DNA of 64,000 bases from Polyangiaceae bacterium (GTDB lineage Bacteria > Myxococcota_A > Polyangia > Polyangiales > Polyangiaceae): contig JBNKBE010000002.1 of NCBI GenBank assembly GCA_050287085.1, forward strand, positions 128,001-192,000, written 5' to 3'. The number at the start of each line of letters is the position of its first letter. Within the stretch, counting starts at the first letter, position 1. Of this stretch, positions 59,052 through 64,000 are shown piece after piece. The notes below the pieces were generated by a model that saw only the letters and a list, made by a program, of their open reading frames with translations, did no database searches and was not told the DNA's origin. The translations under genes and the position numbers were made by a program.

Positions 59052-62000
59052 GTGAACCCAATGACCGAGTTAGACGAGCGGTTCGAAGCACTCAAGTACC
59101 TATCGGTGGCGGCATTTGTCGTGGCGCCATCGGGCAAGATCGTGGTCTGGAATGAGGCGGCAGCGACCTTATTGGGCAAGAAGGCTTCGGAGGTGATGGG
59201 TCGGCGCGCGAGCGCCGCCTTTGGTCCTCGTCGCAGCGCAAACCCGGTGACAGCTTCACTCGCGAGCCGGACGCGTGAGAGCGGAGCGGTCGTAGTTGAG
59301 GACGCGGTTTTCGCGGTGACGGCCGAGCCTTGCTTGGACGCAGACGGGGAGGTCGCAGCGACGGTAGTGACGATTCTTCCGGAGGCGAGGCATCCGAGCG
59401 CCGGGTCGAACGTTGCAGAGTCCGGCTCCGCCGAGTCAAGCGTCGCAGAAGCGAGCCCCGCCCCGTCGCTCGCCCCGGCGAAGGAGCAAGCGGGGTTAAG
59501 CACCTTTGACGACATGCCCAATCCCGTGATGGTCGTCGATGCCAGCGATGACTTCCGCATTTCCTACGCCAATCCTGCGTCCCTCGAACTTCTGGGACGC
59601 TTGCAAGAGCATCTACCCGTTTCGGTTGACGCCATCGTTGGCAGCAGTATCGACGTATTCCATTCGGTTCCCCCCCGAACGCGTCAACAGCTTGCCGACC
59701 CGGCCAATCTGCCCTACGAGACTCAGTTCAAGCTTGGTCCCGAGACGGTCCAGCTGCGGGTCTTTGCTCGGCGCGGCGTAGACGGAGACTACCTTGGGCC
59801 CGCCTTGTCGTGGGAGCTCATAACGAAGCAAGTGCGACTCTTGGAGCAGTCTGAGCGTCTCAAGGCCGTGGTCGAGCATTCTCCTCATCCGGTCATGCTG
59901 CTGGACCGGGAATCCCTCGTAGTTACTTATGCGAATCCGGCGTCACTCGAGAGCCTCGCTGGGCTCGAAGAATACCTCCCCTGTAGATCGAGTGAGATTG
60001 TCGGCAGCAAGGTCGATATCCTTCATCAGGTGCCAGCGAGCCAGTGGGCTCTGCTCGGAGATGACAAGAACCTCCCATGTACGAGCGAGATCAAGCTCGG
60101 CCCCGAGACGCTCAAACTGACCCTCTACGCCCTTCGCGATGCCGAGGGTTCGTACATTGGGCCTGCCTTGTCTTGGGAGAGCATCACCGCGCAAAAGCTG
60201 GCGGCTGACCGAGAGATGCAGCTCGCGGCGGAGGTGTCTCGCGTCAACGCCATCGTGGACAACTCGCCGAAACCCGTCATGCTAGTGGACTCGGATACCT
60301 TTGACATCAGTTACGCCAACCGAGCGGCTCTGCGACTACTGAAAGAGGTTGAGGAACACCTGCCTTGTCGAGCTAGCGAGATCGTTGGAGCCAATTTCGA
60401 CATCTTTCACAAGTTACCAGAAGCTCAGCGAAGACTTCTCGCGGACGAAAAGAATCTGCCCCACCGTGCTCGAGTCCGGCTTGGAAGCGAGTTTTTGGAC
60501 CTCGAGGTCTACGCGCTCCTCGACGCCGATGACAAGTACGTGGGGCCCGCTCTGTCTTGGGACCTGGCCACGGAAAGGGTCGCGATGGAGCGCGCAGACG
60601 CTGTGGCAAGAGAAGCGGTCACGCGAGTTCAACTGGCCCTTGAAGAACTCGCTAGTGGCAACATTGACGAGCGGATCGAAGAAGTCTTCCAGGGCGAGTT
60701 GGAGATGATGAAGCAGAACTTCAACTCCATCTCGGATGTTCTCAGCGACTTCCAGAGTACATGTGATTCGCTGGTGGCCGCCGCCCGAGAGGGGCGCCTC
60801 AAGGAGCGAGCGGACGGATCGAGGTTTCAGGGGTCATATCGCGGAATTATCGAGGGGATAAATTCCATTATGGATGCGATTCTGGAACCGGTTGACAATA
60901 TTCGTGAGAAGCTCCAGCTCACGGCCGGGGGAGATCTGACGGCGTATGTAGAAGAGGAGTATCCCGGGGATCATGCGGCACTTCGTGACGCCCTCAATGC
61001 GTCACTCGACGGCCTCAATGGTCTACTAGGACAAGTCAAAGACGCGGCCGGACAGATCGCGTCTAGCAGTGGTCAAGTCTCCGACGCGGCGCAAGACCTC
61101 TCGCAGGGCGCCAGTGAGCAGGCGGCTACCATTGAGGAAATCTCTGCGCAGATGGTTCAAATGACGAACCAGACGACGCAAAACGCCGAAAACGCAACCC
61201 AGGCCAATCGCTTGGCGGTGGCGGCGCGAGATGGCGCTGAGGCGGGTGATGCCAGCATGAGAGAGATGGTCTCGGCGATGGGCGAGATCGAAGAAGCGAG
61301 CAACAACATTTCGAAGATCATCAAGGTTATCGACGAAATTGCGTTTCAGACCAACTTGCTTGCTCTCAACGCCGCCGTAGAGGCCGCGCGCGCCGGAGTC
61401 CACGGCAAGGGGTTTGCCGTTGTGGCGGAGGAGGTGCGCAACTTGGCGGCGCGAAGTGCTCGCGCCGCGAAAGAGACCACGGAGATGATCGAGGGCTCGA
61501 TCAAGAAGGTGGCGCAGGGAACGGGAATTGCGCAGGACACTGCTGCCGCCCTCAACCGCATCGTCCAAGACGTAGGCAAGGTAACTGACCTCGTTGCGGA
61601 GATCGCAGCGGCGAGCAACGAGCAGGCGGAGGGGATCCAACAGATCAACACCGGCCTGGAGCAGGTTAATGAGGTGACGCAGCGCAATACAGCGACGGCA
61701 GAGGAAAGCGCGGCCTCGGCGCAGGAGATGAGCGGACAGACCGCAGAAATGCGCGGGATGGTGGAGCGCTTCAAACTGCGGGAGCGCTCTGTTGGCAGCT
61801 CTTCGTTGGCCGACCTTCCTCCAGAAATGGCGGAGGCGGTTCAGCGCTACATGCAGCAAGCGATGGGGATGGCGTCCCCACCTGCTCCCGAGCCGGCAAC
61901 GACACTCCGGAAGCCGTCCGCGATGGCCGCAGCGCCGCGAGCCGCAGCGCCGCGAGCCGCAGCGCCGCGAGCCGCAGCGCCGCGAGCCGCAGCACCGCGA

Positions 62001-62207
62001 GCCGCAGCACCGCGAAGCCCGGTTCAGTCGAAGCAGGCGAAGAAGCCCTTGCCGCCAAAGCCTTTGCTGACCGGCGCGGGTTCCGAACGAAAGAACGAGG
62101 CTGCTGCCAGCTCGGATATGAACTCACAGCATCGGCCGGCGCAGCGAAGCCAGAAAGACCCTGCGAGTGTCATCGCGCTCGATTCGAGTGAGTTTGGACG
62201 CTACTGA
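59052..62207 (+). CDS. Soluble Aer2-like chemoreceptor (PAS x4, HAMP, MA domain, C-terminal pentapeptide)
   Basis: No TM; three repeats of ID(V/I)(F/L)H...[26 protein letters not shown]; ends EFGRY. Confidence 0.92.
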   Translation: MNPMTELDERFEALKYLSVAAFVVAPSGKIVVWNEAAATLLGKKASEVMGRRASAAFGPRRSANPVTASLASRTRESGAVVVEDAVFAVTAEPCLDADGEVAATVVTILPEARHPSAGSNVAESGSAESSVAEASPAPSLAPAKEQAGLSTFDDMPNPVMVVDASDDFRISYANPASLELLGRLQEHLPVSVDAIVGSSIDVFHSVPPRTRQQLADPANLPYETQFKLGPETVQLRVFARRGVDGDYLGPALSWELITKQVRLLEQSERLKAVVEHSPHPVMLLDRESLVVTYANPASLESLAGLEEYLPCRSSEIVGSKVDILHQVPASQWALLGDDKNLPCTSEIKLGPETLKLTLYALRDAEGSYIGPALSWESITAQKLAADREMQLAAEVSRVNAIVDNSPKPVMLVDSDTFDISYANRAALRLLKEVEEHLPCRASEIVGANFDIFHKLPEAQRRLLADEKNLPHRARVRLGSEFLDLEVYALLDADDKYVGPALSWDLATERVAMERADAVAREAVTRVQLALEELASGNIDERIEEVFQGELEMMKQNFNSISDVLSDFQSTCDSLVAAAREGRLKERADGSRFQGSYRGIIEGINSIMDAILEPVDNIREKLQLTAGGDLTAYVEEEYPGDHAALRDALNASLDGLNGLLGQVKDAAGQIASSSGQVSDAAQDLSQGASEQAATIEEISAQMVQMTNQTTQNAENATQANRLAVAARDGAEAGDASMREMVSAMGEIEEASNNISKIIKVIDEIAFQTNLLALNAAVEAARAGVHGKGFAVVAEEVRNLAARSARAAKETTEMIEGSIKKVAQGTGIAQDTAAALNRIVQDVGKVTDLVAEIAAASNEQAEGIQQINTGLEQVNEVTQRNTATAEESAASAQEMSGQTAEMRGMVERFKLRERSVGSSSLADLPPEMAEAVQRYMQQAMGMASPPAPEPATTLRKPSAMAAAPRAAAPRAAAPRAAAPRAAAPRAAAPRSPVQSKQAKKPLPPKPLLTGAGSERKNEAAASSDMNSQHRPAQRSQKDPASVIALDSSEFGRY
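61926..62015 (+). repeat. In-frame 15-bp tandem repeat x6 (AAAPR)
   Basis: gccgcagcgccgcga x4 plus gccgcagcaccgcga x2. Confidence 0.97.
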
Positions 62208-62284
62208 ACCAGACCGGGAATCCTCGTGAAGGCGCCGGGCCCGCGTGCGTGTCTCCTGCCGGGCGGTGAAAGAGAAGGCGAACG

Positions 62285-63121
62285 ATGGCCATAAGCCTAA
62301 CAAGTGCACAGTTTGAGAAGTTCCAGCGTTTCATATATCAGGCGTTTGGAATCAACCTGCCTGAGGCCAAGCGCGAGATGTTAGCAAACCGTCTGCGCCA
62401 AATGCTGGTCGAGCAGGGGTTCGTCTCTTTCGACGACTACTACCAGGCGAAGCTCACGAACCCTACACCTGCGACGCTGAATGAACTGATCAATCGCGTC
62501 TCGACCAACCATACGTACTTCTATCGCGAGGCAACCCACTTCGAACACCTGCGAAAGCAGGCCTTGCCGGAAGTTGTGCCCGCGGCTGAACGCAGGAGCC
62601 GCGGTAGTCGCAAGGAGTTTCGCATGTGGTGTGCGGCGGCATCCACGGGCCAAGAGCCCTACGGCCTTGCCATTCAGCTGCGTGAGTTTTTTGGTTCGGC
62701 CGTGAGTCAATGGCAGGCCGGGCTGCTGGCAACCGACATCTCAGAGCGTGCGCTGAAAGAGGCGCAACAAGGGATGTATGACGAAGACGAAGTCGAACCT
62801 ATCCCTGTAGAGCTCCGGCGCAAGTACTTCAAGCAGGTCGGCGCGCGCTGGGCCGTTGCTCCGCAGCTGAAACAAGACGTCACCTATCGGCGTCTCAACC
62901 TGATGAACACGCAGTTTCCGTTCAAGAAGCCGTTTGATGTCATCTTCTGTCGCAACGTGATGATCTACTTTGACGCAGACACGAAGCGCGCGCTGGTCAA
63001 GAGGCTCCACGACAACCTGTATCCGGGAGGCTATCTATATGTGGGCTTGGCGGAGTCTTTGGGACAGCTCGCGGGACCATTCAAGACCGTTAGTCCTGGT
63101 ATTTACAAGAGGGTGGGCTAG
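62285..63121 (+). CDS. cheR: Chemotaxis methyltransferase CheR
   Basis: TNHTYFYRE, WCAAASTGQEPY, ATDIS, FDVIFCRNVMIYF. Confidence 0.96.
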   Translation: MAISLTSAQFEKFQRFIYQAFGINLPEAKREMLANRLRQMLVEQGFVSFDDYYQAKLTNPTPATLNELINRVSTNHTYFYREATHFEHLRKQALPEVVPAAERRSRGSRKEFRMWCAAASTGQEPYGLAIQLREFFGSAVSQWQAGLLATDISERALKEAQQGMYDEDEVEPIPVELRRKYFKQVGARWAVAPQLKQDVTYRRLNLMNTQFPFKKPFDVIFCRNVMIYFDADTKRALVKRLHDNLYPGGYLYVGLAESLGQLAGPFKTVSPGIYKRVG

Positions 63122-64000
63122 GTGCCAGTCAAAGTACTGATCGTTGATGATTCTGCTCTGGTGAGGCAAGTGCTTTCGCGGGGGCTAGGTGCGGACCCCG
63201 ATATCGAAGTCGTTGGGACGGCGCCCGATCCCTACATAGCGCGCGATAAGATCGTGCATCTTGCACCTCACGTACTGACGCTGGACGTCGAGATGCCGCG
63301 GATGGACGGTATCGAGTTTCTGCGCAAACTGATGCCCCAAGCGCCCATGCCAGTCATCATGGTGAGTTCGTTGACGCAGGCCGGCGCAGCTGCGACCTTC
63401 GACGCCATGGAGGCGGGGGCTGTGGACTTCGTGACAAAGCCCGGTAGTCAGTTTGGCACTGGGCTGGAGCAGATGATCGGGGAACTTCGCACCAAGGTCA
63501 AGATGGCCAGTCGCGCCCGGCTAAAGCGCGTCGTCGCACCGGCGCACCGCCCACCTTCCGTCAAGTCCAACGTGCTGGAGAATACGACGGACAAAGTCGT
63601 GGCGATAGGGGCCAGCACAGGGGGGACGGAGGCCATCAAGGAGGTCATCTGCAATCTACCGCCCAACATGCCGGGAACGGTTGTAGTGCAACATATGCCG
63701 GAGAAGTTCACTGCAATGTACGCGGAGCGTCTCAACAGTCGGTGCTCCCTGGAGGTCAAAGAGGCGAAGGACGGTGACCGCATCATGCCTGGACGAGTCC
63801 TATTGGCACCGGGTGGCTTCCAGATGCGGGTGGTGCGTAAGGGCGGGCAGTATCGCGTGTCGTGTCGCGAAGAAGCTCGCGTCTCCGGGCATGCACCGTC
63901 GGTGGACGTCTTGTTCAGTTCGGTGGCTCGAGAGGTGGGGAGCAACGCCTATGGCATCATCTTGACCGGCATGGGGGCTGACGGTGCAAAAGGGTTGCTC
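63122..64000 (+). CDS. cheB: Chemotaxis response regulator methylesterase CheB (3'-truncated by the window end; absent from the ORF track)
   Basis: GTG start; VLIVDDSA..LTLDVEMPRMDG, IGASTGG, VVQHMP, HAPSVDVLF, ILTGMGADGA. Confidence 0.95.
   Translation, partial: MPVKVLIVDDSALVRQVLSRGLGADPDIEVVGTAPDPYIARDKIVHLAPHVLTLDVEMPRMDGIEFLRKLMPQAPMPVIMVSSLTQAGAAATFDAMEAGAVDFVTKPGSQFGTGLEQMIGELRTKVKMASRARLKRVVAPAHRPPSVKSNVLENTTDKVVAIGASTGGTEAIKEVICNLPPNMPGTVVVQHMPEKFTAMYAERLNSRCSLEVKEAKDGDRIMPGRVLLAPGGFQMRVVRKGGQYRVSCREEARVSGHAPSVDVLFSSVAREVGSNAYGIILTGMGADGAKGLL

Overview
High-GC bacterial chromosomal window, most consistent with a myxobacterium (Myxococcota, Polyangiales-like; inferred from membrane Ser/Thr kinases, an FHA protein, a zinc-ribbon/TPR membrane protein, pilC-pilS and Cys-rich lipoproteins). 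About 45 CDS. Housekeeping genes: dnaG, atpD-atpC, rsmA, mutS, hrpB, argS, polA, ihfA, ssb, gcvT-H-PA. Also present: a DUF4350-MoxR-DUF58 operon, a cell-envelope cluster (two SGNH/PatB-like proteins, an FHA protein, a serine hydrolase), and two large uncharacterised lipoproteins coupled to mutS. At the right end, a REC-REC-GGDEF-EAL gene lies divergent from a cheA-cheW-mcp-cheR-cheB operon (cheB truncated by the window end). Most notable: (1) back-to-back sigma28/FliA-like promoters apparently driving the c-di-GMP gene and the chemosensory operon; (2) a soluble Aer2-like receptor with three intact heme-type PAS domains, paired with a CheA that has two Hpt domains; (3) a small gene split by a +1 frameshift at about 30355; (4) the small protein-lipoprotein-lipoprotein-mutS unit behind a promoter with an embedded inverted repeat; (5) several 15-bp tandem repeats. 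No tRNA, rRNA, CRISPR array or mobile element was recognised. All calls were made by eye from motifs; no database search was run.
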